Shown: positions 42,799-57,225, counted from the stretch's first letter. The stretch is 64,000 bases of DNA from Octopus vulgaris (GCA_951406725.2 OX597827.1:66030001-66094000), one strand, 5' to 3'. Notes: generated from the letters alone by a model not told the origin. Numbers and translations are program-made.

Positions 42799-43158
42799 AT
42801 AGTGTCGCTGTGTATGAGATATTGAGTACACATCCCTTCCACTTCACGACATGATATATTATTCTGACAACTAAACTTACCTCAGGATTCATGTAAGATA
42901 TATTTGATATTCATAGTTTTTGAATATCGGAAAAACAAAAAAAAAAAATTAAAAAATTATAAATACGTATCAAGTTACACACTGTGTCATTCATCTCCAG
43001 CATCCAATATATGATATTAAGGTCACGCGATTTGATATGTGGATATGGATTCTCGGAAATTAATATATAAATTTAATCTCATTATAAAAAAATCTCCAAC
43101 ATACAATTTCAAGCTGAGGCTCAATAACAAAATAATCACTAATACTATGTATACAAGC

Positions 43159-43190
<32 letters not shown>

Positions 43191-43202
43191 GCACGTATGG
43201 AT

Positions 43203-43245
<43 letters not shown>

Positions 43246-43370
43246 TGTATGTATATATATGCATGTATGTATGTATGTGTGTATATATATATATATGTAT
43301 GTATGTGTATGTATATGTGTATGTATATGTATCTGTATGTATATCTATATCTATCTATCTATAGATATAT

Positions 43371-43406
<36 letters not shown>

Positions 43407-43650
43407 ACGTGTGTGCGTGCTGCTTGTGATATATGTGATTGCATTCACACAAACACACACACACATATATATATATATACGTGTGCGTGTGTGTGTGTTC
43501 GAGAGATATGGGAGAGAGAGAGAAAGCGATCGAAAGAGAGAGAGTATGTATGAATACCATTAAACACTCACATCCAATTGTGATTTGGTTTACGTGCATT
43601 GCCTGAGTGTATATCATGTGTATTTCTCTCTCTCTCTCTCTATATATATA

Positions 43651-43719
<69 letters not shown>

Positions 43720-44472
43720 GTGCGCGTGTTTGAGCGTATGTTTCTAAATATTTTGATCATAAACTGGTGCCATGAATATTGTTGTCATCTGTTGTGTAGT
43801 AGACACGAAATTAAAACAGTCAGCAATTCCTTTCCAATGTCTCCTTCAGTGACAGATGCAGAATTTTGTATTGGTTGAATCCTCGTTGAAAATTATACAT
43901 TCATCAATCACGTAAAATATTAAACAGGTGTAGTTAACAGAGTTGCTTTTAACATAGTGTATAGTCTAGTGTAGAATGATCACAATGCAGTTTCGAATTT
44001 GAACCGATGCAAGCACACGTATTGTCGCTACTAATTTACTGAAGAATAAATGTTTTACGATGCCATTATCATTTTATGGTGCCTGTCAGGCGCCCCATAA
44101 TCCAAAAAATCTGCCACATGAATATGAAGAATGTCTTTAATTTTCCAATGTCTATTTTCGAATGAAATCGTCATTTTTATTTTTCTAAACCTCCTCTCGT
44201 TTAATACATTTTTTGATACGTTTCCATGGATATTTAACAGAACGTAGTTACGCCTGAGAATAGAAGTTAAGGAGAGAGATTCACTTCTCGCTTTAATGAT
44301 GTTGTAGAGTTTATATAAAAAGTGAAGAGCGTACATATATTGTTGTATAATCATTTTATTTGTTCTTTGATCCCATGAAATAAAGATGATAAAGTCGCTG
44401 GTATTCGTGAACAGTATTATTTCGTCTCGTTAGTATGACATAACTCGGGAATTAAGCTAAATTCATTTCTTC

Positions 44473-44508
<36 letters not shown>

Positions 44509-44577
44509 TTCTCCTTCTTTTTCCTCTTCTTCTTCTTCTTCTTCTTCTTCTTCTTCTTCTTCTTCTTCTAATTATTA

Positions 44578-44662
<85 letters not shown>

Positions 44663-44684
44663 CATCATCATTATTATTATTATT

Positions 44685-45143
44685 GAGTGAGAGAGCAGTG
44701 CATGTCATCGAAGTGACACTGCGGTAAAATATACGAAGCCCAGTATACCCATCATAACAACCCATCTGATAAGGATACACCTGGCACATGCATCACAACC
44801 ATATGTACGTGATATGGTGATCTCAAATCAAGATAAACAGTGCATGACCTTGCAGGTGGGGCCCAGTCAGAATTTTCTTCTGATCGAGTAACCCATCCCG
44901 CTCAAAAGGTCACTGAATAAGGGTTGTTTAAGGATGTTGAACGAAGCCCCCATATTTCCAAAGGAGAATTATCCAAACCTCTAAGAATTCCTTTCAACAC
45001 AAAGCTATGATGCTCCCCACTACTTCTGCTCGTGATCAGAGACGCATATATCGTCAGCCACTTAGGGGCATGCTCAACTGGTTAAGGTCAATCAACTGAC
45101 AAGCAAATATGTGGTATTGAGCAAAATATTTGCTGTAGCCCAT
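44685..45143 (-). mobile_element. Second copy of the (TAA)n-targeting retroelement 3' end
   Basis: Reverse-complement homolog of roughly 34990-35448, within (TTA)n. Confidence 0.75.
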
Positions 45144-45177
45144 TATCATTATTAATGTAATCATCATCATCTCATCA

Positions 45178-45255
<78 letters not shown>

Positions 45256-45914
45256 TTAGTAGTATTAGTAGCAGCAGTAGTAGTAGTAGTAGTAGTAGTA
45301 GCAACAGCAGTAGTAGAAGCTATTCGTGTTGCTTTTCCAACAATTGTTAAAAGAATGCTAAAAGAATTCGTGTTCGATGTGGCTTACTAGCATGGTCATT
45401 GTCGTCGTCGTTACACTTAACTTCACTGTAGATTAGTTAGAAACGATTTGAAAGAAAGATTGCCAAGCAAATGTATGAATGGTATATTTGGTAATTACTC
45501 GAGGGAATAACATAAAGTAAACAACAACCTACTGTAAACAGTGTTCCATATCTTAAGGCTTCATAAATGTGGTACTAGATATGACGAACGGAGAATATAT
45601 TGTGTATATATATTAGGATAATTGCCTTCAAATTCGTTTCCACGAAATTGAAATTACCAAACGTCTATCTGTTGATTAACCAGTTTTAATGATAAACACA
45701 ATAAGGCATTATGGAATAAACAAAACATTGCGTAAAAATGCACGTTTTCATTCAACTAACAACTGAAGAGATATAGAAGATATGCAAATAAGAATGATGT
45801 GTATACATATGTTTGTGTATTTTGTGTATACATAGAGCTATACACATGCACACCTCCACATGCGCTCGCAAGCGCATGCACGCACACACGCACACACAAG
45901 TACACAAATATGCA

Positions 45915-46055
45915 TACATGTGGTGAGAAGCTTGCTTCCCAACTACATCATGTTCATGGTTCAGCCCCACTACGTGGCACTAGCCAAACATCTTCGATTA
46001 CAGCCTAGGTTTGACTAAAACAATATGAGCAGCCTTGTCAGACGGAAACTGAAGT
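45915..46055 (+). mobile_element. Degenerate OK-like SINE 5' half
   Basis: TGTGGTGAGAAGCTTGCTTCCCAAC..GGTTCAGCCCCACTACGTGGCAC..AGACGGAAACTGAA. Confidence 0.65.
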
Positions 46056-46080
46056 TAGTTATATATTTATATATATAACG

Positions 46081-46405
46081 TGAGGGAGCGTGGCGTAGTG
46101 GTTAGGGCATTCGGCTCATGATCGTAAGGTTGTGAGTTCGATTCCCGGCGACGCGTTGTGTCCTTGAGCAAGACACTTTATTTCACGTTGCTCCAGTCCA
46201 CTCAGCTGGCAAAAATGAGTTGTACTTGTATTTGAAAGGGTCAGCCTTGTCACTCTCTGTGTCACGCTGGTTATCCCCGAGAACTACGTTAAGGGTACAC
46301 GTGTCTGTGGAATGCTCAGCCATTTGCACGTTAATTTCACGAGCAAGCTGTTCCGTTGATCGTATCAGCTGGGACCCTCGTCGTCGTAACCGGCGGAGTC
46401 TTTTT
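46081..46405 (+). mobile_element. tRNA-derived CORE-SINE (different head, OR-like tail)
   Basis: A box TGGCGTAGTGG, B box GAGTTCGATTC, CORE-like GTGTCCTTGAGCAAGACACTT; 3' half shared with 29125-29300. Confidence 0.88.
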
Positions 46406-47664
46406 TAAGATATATATAACGAAATGTCAGTGCTGAGCAGTGTTCAGGCATAAGCAACATGTAAGTTAGTTGCAAATCTTTCTGACATATTTCAAAACCT
46501 AAACGGCAAATGGATTGCAGTTACCGTGGAGAATATTTCTCTCTCATGGTAAAGAGATGTGAAAACATCCGGTTCGGTCAGTGTCGCAATCTATTAGGAA
46601 TCCTACACATCGATTTATCTAGCTTCTTGGCTCTTGTCCATGTGAGGTCCTAAGAGAGACAACTCTGTGCGAACTGATAACGCAATAGCTATTTTAAGAC
46701 CGACAGCATGAGAATTTACATACTTCGCTATCCCATTAAGCCACTGGAAAATACACATGGTATATACATTACTATATGAATTTAATGATATTTATAAAAT
46801 CCTTTTTAACAATTTATATAATTCGCTGTCTTCATAATTTGATTCTACAATTAAGGACACAGATACCGGTAGAAATGGAACCATTGAAAATGTAACTACT
46901 GAAATTCAAACTTTCTCGTGAATTACTTTCGTACACTACCTATTTATCAGCTACTGCATTTATAATATTCGTGTGATGCAAATACGAAACGTGTTTCGAT
47001 ATGATAATTCCATTATTATGACATCCTTTAACATTTTAGCGGTTGAACCTTGCAGAAATCAGAAACCCTACTAATGTAACAAAACAACAGTAATTGAGAT
47101 ACTTTGCACACATTTTCATTCCCCGCAGCTCTTTTGGTGAAATAAAATATTTATTGTATAGTCTCGATATAATTTATCTCATAGGTGGTTCGATAGAAAC
47201 GGCAATTGTTTGACACATTCCCTCTTGCAATAATGCATATGTTTGTAACTCTTTGAAATTCTCAAGGCAAAATATGAAAATATCCATTTACAACAGGAAG
47301 TTAAAAACCTATATTCCGAAGACATGCTGCCAGTCTATTCTTAAAAACTGCTTGTTTCCGTTATACATCGAGTTTGTACATAATTTTGAATTCATAAAAT
47401 GTAGCCTGCATTGTAATGAATGAGTTCGTTCCAGGAACAAATTGAAACACAATGTAATGCTTAAATATTGAAGAACTAATGAATACATACGTTAGCAAGT
47501 TATACCTTTCGAATTTTCATTATGAGCTGCCCGGCTCTCGATGAATGTATCGCTTAGGAGCTCTTTTTATATCTCCCTCTCTTACTCTCCCCCGCTCCCT
47601 CTCTCTCGTATTATATATATATATATATAGTTAATCCAAACAAAAAAGAAGGGAAGAAGGAGGA

Positions 47665-47697
47665 TTTGACGTTTCGAGCGGAGCTCTTCGTCGGAAA
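47665..47697 (-). ncRNA. Minimal type I hammerhead (CCGACGA variant) in short element 47629-47772
   Basis: Minus strand reads TTT-CCGACGA-A-GAGC-TCC-GCTC-GAAAC-GTC-AAA; same family as 63670-63858. Confidence 0.65.
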
Positions 47698-47774
47698 CAT
47701 AGGAGAAGGAAAGGTCCCGAGAAGGGAAGACAGACGAAAAAAAATCGCTAGTGATACAGACGAGGTCACATACT

Positions 47775-47895
47775 AATCTTCTTTTATTCTTTTATTTGTT
47801 TCAGTCAATTGACTGCGGCCATGCTGGAGCATAGCCTTAAATGGAATTTCGTAGAAGAAATTCGACTTCAGCATGTATTCTTTGTAAAACTTGTA
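47775..47895 (-). mobile_element. OK-like SINE 3' fragment
   Basis: TTGTTTCAGTCAATTGACTGCGGCCATGCTGGAGCA. Confidence 0.7.
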
Positions 47896-48457
47896 CTCTC
47901 CCCATCTCACTTCGAATCTTACTCTTTAACAAGAGTATGCTGCACCCGTATCTCTACTTAGTTACTCAAATTCACCTCTAGCTATTTATCTATCTAACAC
48001 CAGGATGACAAAACTAATAACAGTAAAGCACACAAACAAATACATATATTATTACCTGCACTTCATCTTTAGTCGTCGATACCTAACCACAGAATTGTCT
48101 CCACCTTACATCCTGACTGGCCTCTAGCTAGGTCGATGACTATAAATCTCATCACACATCCACTCGCTAACTAAATTCCTAATACAATTCCACCTCTTTA
48201 ATGGCTCCGATTTTTTCAATTCAAGGCCAGCTTCGTGCAAGGATGTTCTATCGTTTTGAAAGTATATGCATAAATACAGTCTTTTTCTCTATGATGTAAT
48301 GTACTCATCAAATAAAATGCGTAAGAAACAGCTCTAATGAACTGACATTTATCTTTGTTATATGTATGTATGTCTGTCTGTCTGTCTGCCTGTCTGTCTG
48401 TATGTATGTATGTATCTATCTCTCTATCTCTCTATATCTCTTTCTATCTCTCTCTCG

Positions 48458-48523
<66 letters not shown>

Positions 48524-48565
48524 GTGTGTGTGTATATATATTTATACATACATATACAGCTAAGC

Positions 48566-48614
<49 letters not shown>

Positions 48615-49305
48615 ATGTATATATGTGCATGTATACATAGACACAAACATATTTGGCGACAAACCCACTGGATACGACAAAATTGATGCACTTCAATATA
48701 TTTTCAAACGGAGGTCTATATGTATTTGCTTGATACAGATATGGGGACATGCAAACAGGAATTTAATTTCCTGTATGCACAAGACGATGGTCGTTGCACA
48801 GCTGGAGAGATACAACAATAAGCGAAATGTAGACACAGCAACATATTTCTGTATTTACGCCTCCATATCTGTTCCATTCAATCGATGCCTTTTTCGCGTG
48901 TTGGCGCATGTTTGCGTTTGTATGTGTGTGTGTGTATATATAACGAAAGATGAAGCATGTATATAAAATATCCGATTTAGTGTTCTTTTTTTTGGCACAC
49001 ACATTTGACGACATTTACTCATCACTGCATCAAGAACAGAGATGATTTTGTTACGCTGTCGGTCATACTGTGAGCATCTGTCGGAACTTATGAAAATTGA
49101 ATCAAGATGATAATCTTCTAAAACATTCATTACCAAGTATTAAACACAGACATTCAATAATTGCGAAGTTTAGAATTACTCGTTTTACTCTTTCATTCAA
49201 AATCGACACTAGAAAATGGCAATGTATGTATATATGATAGATCGTTAGCACCTACACGCATTTTTTCTCACCTTGTTTCTCTCCTAGTTTTTTTTTTTCT
49301 GTGTA

Positions 49306-49343
49306 TCTTTCTGTCGAAGAACGTAGGCTCGAAACGTAAAAGA
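49306..49343 (+). ncRNA. Minimal hammerhead-like motif (CTGTCGA variant) in short element 49235-49442
   Basis: TCTTT-CTGTCGA-AGAACGTAGGCTC-GAAAC-GTA-AAAGA; 5-bp stem I; downstream TTCCTGAGCG is shared with the 63670 family. Confidence 0.6.
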
Positions 49344-49458
49344 CTTGTTCTATTTCTATTCCTGAGCGCCATACTAATACATTTGTTTGTTTGTACTCCA
49401 CCTGCCTTCGTTTTTTTGTTTATTTTCGTAAACCTTCCCTTTATATATATATATATAT

Positions 49459-49572
<114 letters not shown>

Positions 49573-49731
49573 ATATGTGACAGTTATTCGGTAGCCAAGA
49601 TAAAACACCGACTTTCGGATGCCGATGGGGGAATCGACAATGAAAGAGCATTTTATCCGATGGCCGGATAACTGAAGAGATGGCGGCGAAACACGGAGTT
49701 TTATCATGGCTATCGAATAATTGTCACATAT
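49573..49731. mobile_element. ~160-bp foldback element with ~45-bp inverted ends; right arm contains a hammerhead-like motif
   Basis: ATATGTGACAGTTATTCGGTAGCCAAGATAAAAC pairs with GTTTTATCATGGCTATCGAATAATTGTCACATAT; 49667-49705 reads GATAA-CTGAAGA-..-GAAAC-ACGGA-GTT-TTATC. Confidence 0.7.
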
Positions 49732-50116
49732 TACATTTAGAGATAAAATCCCTCTCTTTAGATGATATCTAGGTCTCTTTCATTCTCTTGTTGTCTTACT
49801 AAGTTTGTCAACATATATATATAACTTACATATTCTGCGCAAGGATATACGCCAATAAATTTGATTTGAAAGAATTTTGCCAATTAGGTTTCATAATTTT
49901 CTATATAATGGTGAGCGAAAGTTGCTTTTTAATGCCCAGTGACCGCAAAAACTAATGTAGCGCACTCGAAGCGTTGATTCCCGCCATTAATACACATCTA
50001 TATTAAGTTCTGATTTCATGAATTTTTTAAATGTAATCATTTCATATATATTTAAAAATATACTCACACACATCCTCGCATTCACCACCGCTGCCACAGA
50101 TATACATACATACATG

Positions 50117-50155
<39 letters not shown>

Positions 50156-50246
50156 CACACATACACACACCAATATTATATATATACTTATGTACATCAC
50201 TATATATATATGAATATACATGTGCGTATGTACGTCTGTATCTGTC

Positions 50247-50293
<47 letters not shown>

Positions 50294-50331
50294 CATCTAT
50301 GCATCTATCTATCTATCTATCTCCCTCTCCG

Positions 50332-50401
<70 letters not shown>

Positions 50402-51263
50402 TAGATAGATAGATAGATAGATAGAGATGTAATTACACACACATATATATGTTATATATATATATATATATATATATACCTACATATATATATATATACG
50501 TAAGTATTATATACCCACACAAACGTTTATATGTGTCTACATATATATATGTATGCGTGTTTATGTATGGTTGTATAAGCGTGTATGTGCACGTGTGTGT
50601 ATGTGTCCGAGTGCGTGTGTGTGTGTGTGTTTGTCTTTGTATGTGTGTGTGTGTGTGTATGTTCCTCTCTGTGTGTGCGCGTGTATTTCACTGTGATACA
50701 AAGAATATATTCATTAACTCCCACGTAATTACTCGTGGAAACTTTAACCGAGTCAGAATCATCCAGACATACAGCTAATGTATTAAATTACACCATCAGA
50801 TTTTTGTTAGAACCAGAGGCTAAAATTTGTTGAGACATCAAGCAGCGGCTTTTTAAAGTTACACTTTCTCTCCTCTCTCTAACTCTCCTCAACTTATTTG
50901 CACTTGATTTCACTCTGTTTTTGTTTTATTCTAATTTTCATAACGCACTCTCCTTCTCACTTTCTCTCTCCCACGATTGCCTTCAAAATTTCAACTAAAT
51001 TTCTTAAATCTAAAAATAATCCAAAATTTCTAGACATCTATATTGTTTTAGCTCCTTTTCTATTCTTTGTTAATTTTGTTGATATTTTCTCAGTTATATT
51101 TAAATTATTAATTTCAGTTAGGATTTGATTTTGCTTTTATTTAACGTCTGAAATATATTATTGTTTCCATTTCATATTTTTAAGAAATTCATATGGTTCT
51201 ATTTTCCTTACGCGAAAATATTTCGATTCGAGCAAATATAAATATTTCCATCATTACAATCAG

Positions 51264-51640
51264 TGGAGGCGCAATGGCCCAGTGGTTATGGCAGCGGACT
51301 CGCGGTCGGAGGATCGCGGGTTCGATTCCCAAACCGGGCGTTGTGTGCATTTATTGAGAGAAAACACCTAAAGCTTCACGACGCTCCGGCAGGGGATGGT
51401 GACAACCCCGGTTTTACTCTTTCGCTCCAACTTTCTCTCACTCTTTCTTCCTGTTTCTTGTCCCCGACTTCCTACGCAACCGCTGAGCCTGAATGTGCAT
51501 TCATCCATCTGTCAATGCTCTCGGTGTCGGGAGTTGACCTGCTTTCTCTTCTGTTGATCTTTCGATTAGCAAAGGACCACGTTTCGGACTTCTCCCACTA
51601 CACTCGGGGACGAAGACTGCTTCGCTCAAACAAATAAATC
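51264..51640 (+). mobile_element. OR-like-head SINE with an alternative 3' body
   Basis: The first ~195 bp match 28922; the remainder is unrelated to the 29125-29300 tail. Confidence 0.82.
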
Positions 51641-52812
51641 ATCACAAACAATATTATGCGTAACTTGTTTATCATCAGATTATTATTATCAATAACAATC
51701 TTTTTTCTTGGTACTTTAACTATTTCGTAATACTAATAATTGTAATAAAACTATCATTAATATTTAGGTCGTGGATAATTGCAACTTCAAATAATCGGGC
51801 AAAAAAATTCAATGTGCTGTAGTTAAGCTGCTAGCGCCTACTTTTCAGTTTTAAATTCTACCTGCATGTACATTAAAGAAATACACTTATCAATAACGAA
51901 ATGAAGTCAGATTGACTCGCCTGAAACCCTTCTTCGAAAATGTTAAAATGTATATCTATATTACAATTCAAGATATTATTGCGAGATAGGATGCATGCCA
52001 AAAGCATTAATTGGTCACATTCTCTAACACCGTAGATTGAATAAGTCTATATTATTTGTATACAGCCCGTTCGTTTCTGATCTGGAATTTTTCGCGTAGT
52101 TACATACGTCTTTCATCCTTCTGACACGGATAAAATGAGAGATACTCAAATAACTTCGGTCTGTGAAAAACATATAATAGAAATGCTTGAGAAAAGTTTT
52201 AGAACATAGGCTAAAACATTTCAGTTCCCGACCATATCAAATTTCGCTTCAATTCACCGAAAATAGAAACTTTACGCACCATTTAATCAATACAGTCGAT
52301 TATATCGACTCATTAAGTATAACCAAATTTCGGGTCCTTGATTTTATATGACACCATTAGTATTAAAAATGTGGCGGCTAAATAAATGTAGCTTCTGGAA
52401 AATCATTTTCAGTATTTCTTCTCGTTTTTGTAACTTCTGAATTAAAATCTATCCTAGGTCAGTTTTACCTCTTTTTTTTTTTATTACGGTATCAATATAA
52501 CTAAATTACGAGACAAATATTTGAGTCTATGCTCTCGGCAGAACCCTCTTTCAAAATTGTACTTCATGTATTTTAATTCGTAAAGCATTCAAGTATTTGA
52601 AGCTTCCAGAGTCAATAGAACACCTAAAAATGCATTGACGCATTTTCACAATCCATTAACGTTTTGATTTCGAAAACCAACCCAATGTTGACATTGCTTT
52701 TCCTCCCTGAATAAGATAAAAAGCCAATAATGTAATCGGGTTGATATAATGTTTTTTAATGTTATCCGTCCTCTCATTTACCAGCCATGTACTTAGAGTA
52801 GAAATTATTATT

Positions 52813-53430
52813 AAGGGCGGCGAGCTGGCAGAGCCGTTCGCGCGCCTGGCGAAATGCTTAGCGGTATTTTGTCTGCGGTTACGTTCTGAGTTCAAATTCC
52901 GCCGAGGTCGACTTTACCTTTCATCCTTTCGGGGTCGATTAAATAAGTACCAGTTATGCACTGGAGTCGATGTAATCGACTTAATCCGTTTGTCTCTCCT
53001 TGTTTGTCCCCTCTTTGTATACCCCTTGTGGGTAGTAAATAAATAGGTATTTCGTCTGCTGTTACATTTTGAGTTCAAATTCCGCCGAGGTCGAGTTTGC
53101 CATTCATCATTTCGGGGTCGGTAAATTTAGTATCAGTTACGCACTCGGGTCCATGTAATTCCTTCCCCCAAATGTGTGGCCGTGTGCTTCCAGTAGAAAA
53201 GTTTATCATTATTATTAAGGCAGTGAGTTGATATAACCGTTCATACACCGGATAAAATATTTAGGCATGTTTCGTCCTTCTTTGCATCCTGACCTCAAAT
53301 TCCACCATGGTCGTCTCTGCTACTTATCCTTTTCGGGTCAAAAACTGAGTACAAGTCGAGCACTCGACCGATTTATTTAATTTAACCCGCCCCAACCCAA
53401 ATTACGGACTTTGTGCCAAAACCTGTAACC
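52813..53430 (+). mobile_element. Three tandem SINE units (full, headless, old)
   Basis: GAGTTCAAATTCCGCCGAGGTCGA near 52888 and 53071, with a diverged version near 53292. Confidence 0.88.
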
Positions 53431-53729
53431 ATTATTATTTTTTTCTTCCTTTCTCCTGTTTTGAATTTTATTTCCATTTGTTGCCGAATATCCTCCCCGA
53501 ATAATAGGGCAAAGAAATTCACGTATACAGTAACTGGCCTTAAAAATAAATACGTCAGGTTCTCCATTTACCAGATCAAATGATGTTATAATGAAAAAGA
53601 ATAGAAAAAGGAAAAATATTAGCATGGGTGCTAATCATTTATGTAAAAATTGTTCAAGGCGATGCCGCAGCATGGCTGAGGTCTGATAATTGAAACAAGT
53701 AAAAGATAAGATACATACACACACAAACA

Positions 53730-53787
<58 letters not shown>

Positions 53788-53789
53788 TT

Positions 53790-53957
53790 AGCCTTCGAAT
53801 GACGCCACCCCGCTGGCTAAGCGAGCAGGCCAACAGAAGAAAGAGTGGGAGAAAGAGTGGTGAAAGAGTACAGCAGGTATCACCACCCCCTACCGGAGCT
53901 TCGTGGAGCTTTTAGGTGTTTTCGCTCAATAAACACACACAACGCCCGGTCTGGGAA

Positions 53958-53960
<3 letters not shown>
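53790..53960 (-). mobile_element. 5'-truncated OR-like SINE with a third tail type
   Basis: TTTAGGTGTTTTCGCTCAATAAACACACACAACGCCCGGTCTGGGAATC. Confidence 0.8.
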
Positions 53961-54015
<55 letters not shown>

Positions 54016-54021
54016 CATACA

Positions 54022-54187
54022 TATGGTTCCTTGTTTATCCCCACTGTCTGGCACCTCGGGCAGTTGTCTTCAACTATAGCTTCGGACCTTGTGAATGGAT
54101 TTAGTAAGCAGAAACTGAAAGAAGACCGTTGTATATATGCATTTGTGCATGTATGTGTGTGAGTATGCATGTGTGCGCATGTGTGTA

Positions 54188-54223
<36 letters not shown>

Positions 54224-54402
54224 TGAGTCTGTGTGTGTCTGTGTCTGTGTTTACGTTGCCGTAACTTAGGAGCTCTGCAAAAGAGACCGATATAATAAGT
54301 ACTAAGCATACACAGAATAAGTCCTGGGGAGGGGAGCGATTTGCTCGACTAAAAGGCGGTGCTCCAGCATGGCTGTAGTCAATTGACTGAGACAAGTAAA
54401 GG
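54022..54402 (+). mobile_element. OK-like CORE-SINE
   Basis: Collinear with the reverse complement of 41858-42263. Confidence 0.8.
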
Positions 54403-54909
54403 TATGAAAGAAAAATCATGGTGTTTTCACAATTAACTGGATATAAATCAAGGTGACTTACTTCCCCATTCCATTCCCCCCCCCCCCTGGGCAAATTGAA
54501 GTAGGAGGAAGTACGTCATGTTTTGGACTGAAATTCACAGGAGAACAGACAAATATTGGATATTTCGCATTTATTCAATTACATATATATTCTTATATAA
54601 TCATACGATCTTCGTAAACACCTAGAGATTAACTCAACTAGCAACATACTGAACTGGGTATTTTCGTATGGTAAAATTCTCATCAATTTCTAACCACACC
54701 CACACACGCGCGGACAAATATGAATATATATATGTGTTATCGTGTGCATTATATGTGCAAGGACAATCCGATATATAATGATACACCCATGCAAACATAA
54801 ACACATACATACATACATATATACATACGTACATACGTACATAAATACATGTATATATATCAATACATTCAGGAATTTACGCGCAGACTGAAACACAGAC
54901 ACATATCTA

Positions 54910-54995
<86 letters not shown>

Positions 54996-55022
54996 CATAC
55001 GTAGATAAATTGACTATTTACA

Positions 55023-55085
<63 letters not shown>

Positions 55086-55659
55086 CATATACATATATAT
55101 ATATACATGATTACACATACAAATATATATATATATATACATGTATATATATTCATGTATGCGTATATATATGTGCGTGTTTGTGTGTGTGTGTGTATGA
55201 AAAAACACACACATAAACGTGCGTGTTTAGGTTCAGTTCTATTCTACCTATCTCTGCCTAATACCCCAATGTAGCTATAAAAATAATATCACTCCACTGA
55301 AGGTAATTTTAATATTTCATTACGTTTGATATGTTTCCCCCTTATCACTGTCAACACAGCACATTTCTGGAATACTAAATCACATGGCAATATCTCCAGT
55401 GTCGACATGACACTTTGATAGAGATTGACAGATTGGATTTTATTATTAATAATATAGAAGGTAAACATGTATTATGTTTTGCAGTCAACTCATATCCAGT
55501 ATGGTATTATCCGTCTCATGTGTATTATGGCAGAAATGCAGTAATTTGTTTCGTTATCCTTGGTAAATTTTTTGCAGGATTTTAAGTAGTATGTTTAGAA
55601 GAGAAGCGATTTAATGTCACCTGTGTCTCTCTCTCTTTCAACTTTTTTCTTTCTCTGCA

Positions 55660-55813
55660 TGTGGTAAAAAACTTATTTCCCAACTATATAGTTGGGGTTT
55701 CAGTCCCATTGCGTGACAACCTACGCAAGGGTCTTCTCCTATAGCGTCGGGCCGACCCAAACCTTTTTGAGTGGATGTGGTAGACGGAAACTGAAGAAAC
55801 CCGCCGTATATAA

Positions 55814-55851
<38 letters not shown>

Positions 55852-55946
55852 CCTCCTTCTTTCTTTCGTTTCCTGAGTGTCCAATAACACTATACTTGTT
55901 CCACGTCCTCGCACTGTTGTGTTCTCTATTTGTTCATGTTTGGATT

Positions 55947-56022
<76 letters not shown>

Positions 56023-56223
56023 CTATGTTTGTCCCTCGACATAGCTTGACAACCGATGGTGGTGAGTTTACATCCCTGTAACGTAGCGGTTCGGCAAAAG
56101 ACACCAATAGAATAAGTCCTAAGCTTCCGAAGAATAAGTCCTGGGGTCGATATGCTCGACTAAATTCGGTGCACCAGCATGGCCGCATTCATATGACGGA
56201 AACAATTAAAAGAGTAAAAGAGA
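55660..56223 (+). mobile_element. OK-like CORE-SINE with a ~100-bp insertion (55850-55950) in its internal (TA)n
   Basis: Head at 55660 and tail AAAAGAGTAAAAGAG; the insert matches the reverse complement of 63670-63770. Confidence 0.82.
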
Positions 56224-56443
56224 ATGTTTTGTTGATTTATGAAGAATTGTATATTTCGTAGACACCTTTTCCTACATTTGTTTGCTTTACATTCAGTTTA
56301 CATTTTTGACGATATTATTCGAAAAGTGAGGCAGCAACAAAATGTTTGTGTTCAGTTACACCACCTCTAATTTGATAACATATCATTACGGAATCAAGTC
56401 TATTGATGATGGTAGATGGCGTTGGTGATGGCGGGGAAGAAGT

Positions 56444-56901
56444 TACCTTATTAGTAATAATTTCTATGGGAGAATTATGATTTTTCGAATTGAAGTCTTT
56501 CGTTTTGCTTTCTGCTTTAATTATTTTTCGGGAATGTTGCTTCAATGAGACGGCAGAAATAACTGTCCTCAAATCAACGGACATAAAATATTTTGAAATC
56601 GCCATGATTATGATAGTGATAACGATAATGATGAATGGCGATGGCGACGATGATCACGTTCATCAGCATCAGCATCATTAACATCGTTTTCATCATTATC
56701 GTTCATCACTATCATTTTCACTATCATAATCATGGCGTTTTCAAAATATTTTATCTTCATTGATTAGATGAGAGTTTTTTGGGTTTTTTTTCTGCCGTCT
56801 CATTGAAACAACATTCCCGAAAAATATTAAAGCAGAAAGCACACAACTGTCTTTAATACCAAAAGCTTAATTCTAGCTTAGACATCATTACTAATAAGGT
56901 A
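56444..56901. mobile_element. ~460-bp foldback/MITE with ~190-bp inverted arms
   Basis: TACCTTATTAGTAAT..GCTTTCTGCTTTAA..TTTTTCGGGAATGTTG..AATGAGACGGCAGAAA..ATAAAATATTTTGAAA..CGCCATGATTATGATAGTGA is mirrored on the right; TA at both ends. Confidence 0.8.
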
Positions 56902-57225
56902 CCCTTATCTTATGATTTGTGTTGAATGCCAGGGTATTTAATAAACAATACGCGTGTAATTTTAAGCAGGAATTTCCTTATCAGGTTTGAAAGACGCTTT
57001 GCAAGAATCGCTAATAAGATTCAAGTAAAAAAAAATGCAACTAAAACCGAAAATAGGATTTGCAGTATTAAAGAGGCGTATTACGTCCTCCTTTTGTATG
57101 ATTGTATCAATTAAATATCTAAATTCAATTAAAATGGGTACAAAGATGAGAATAAGGCATCGAAACTGATATTCTGAGAATCTTTACTTTGACATTCTAC
57201 TTAGTGGAAATATCATGCGTTTGTA

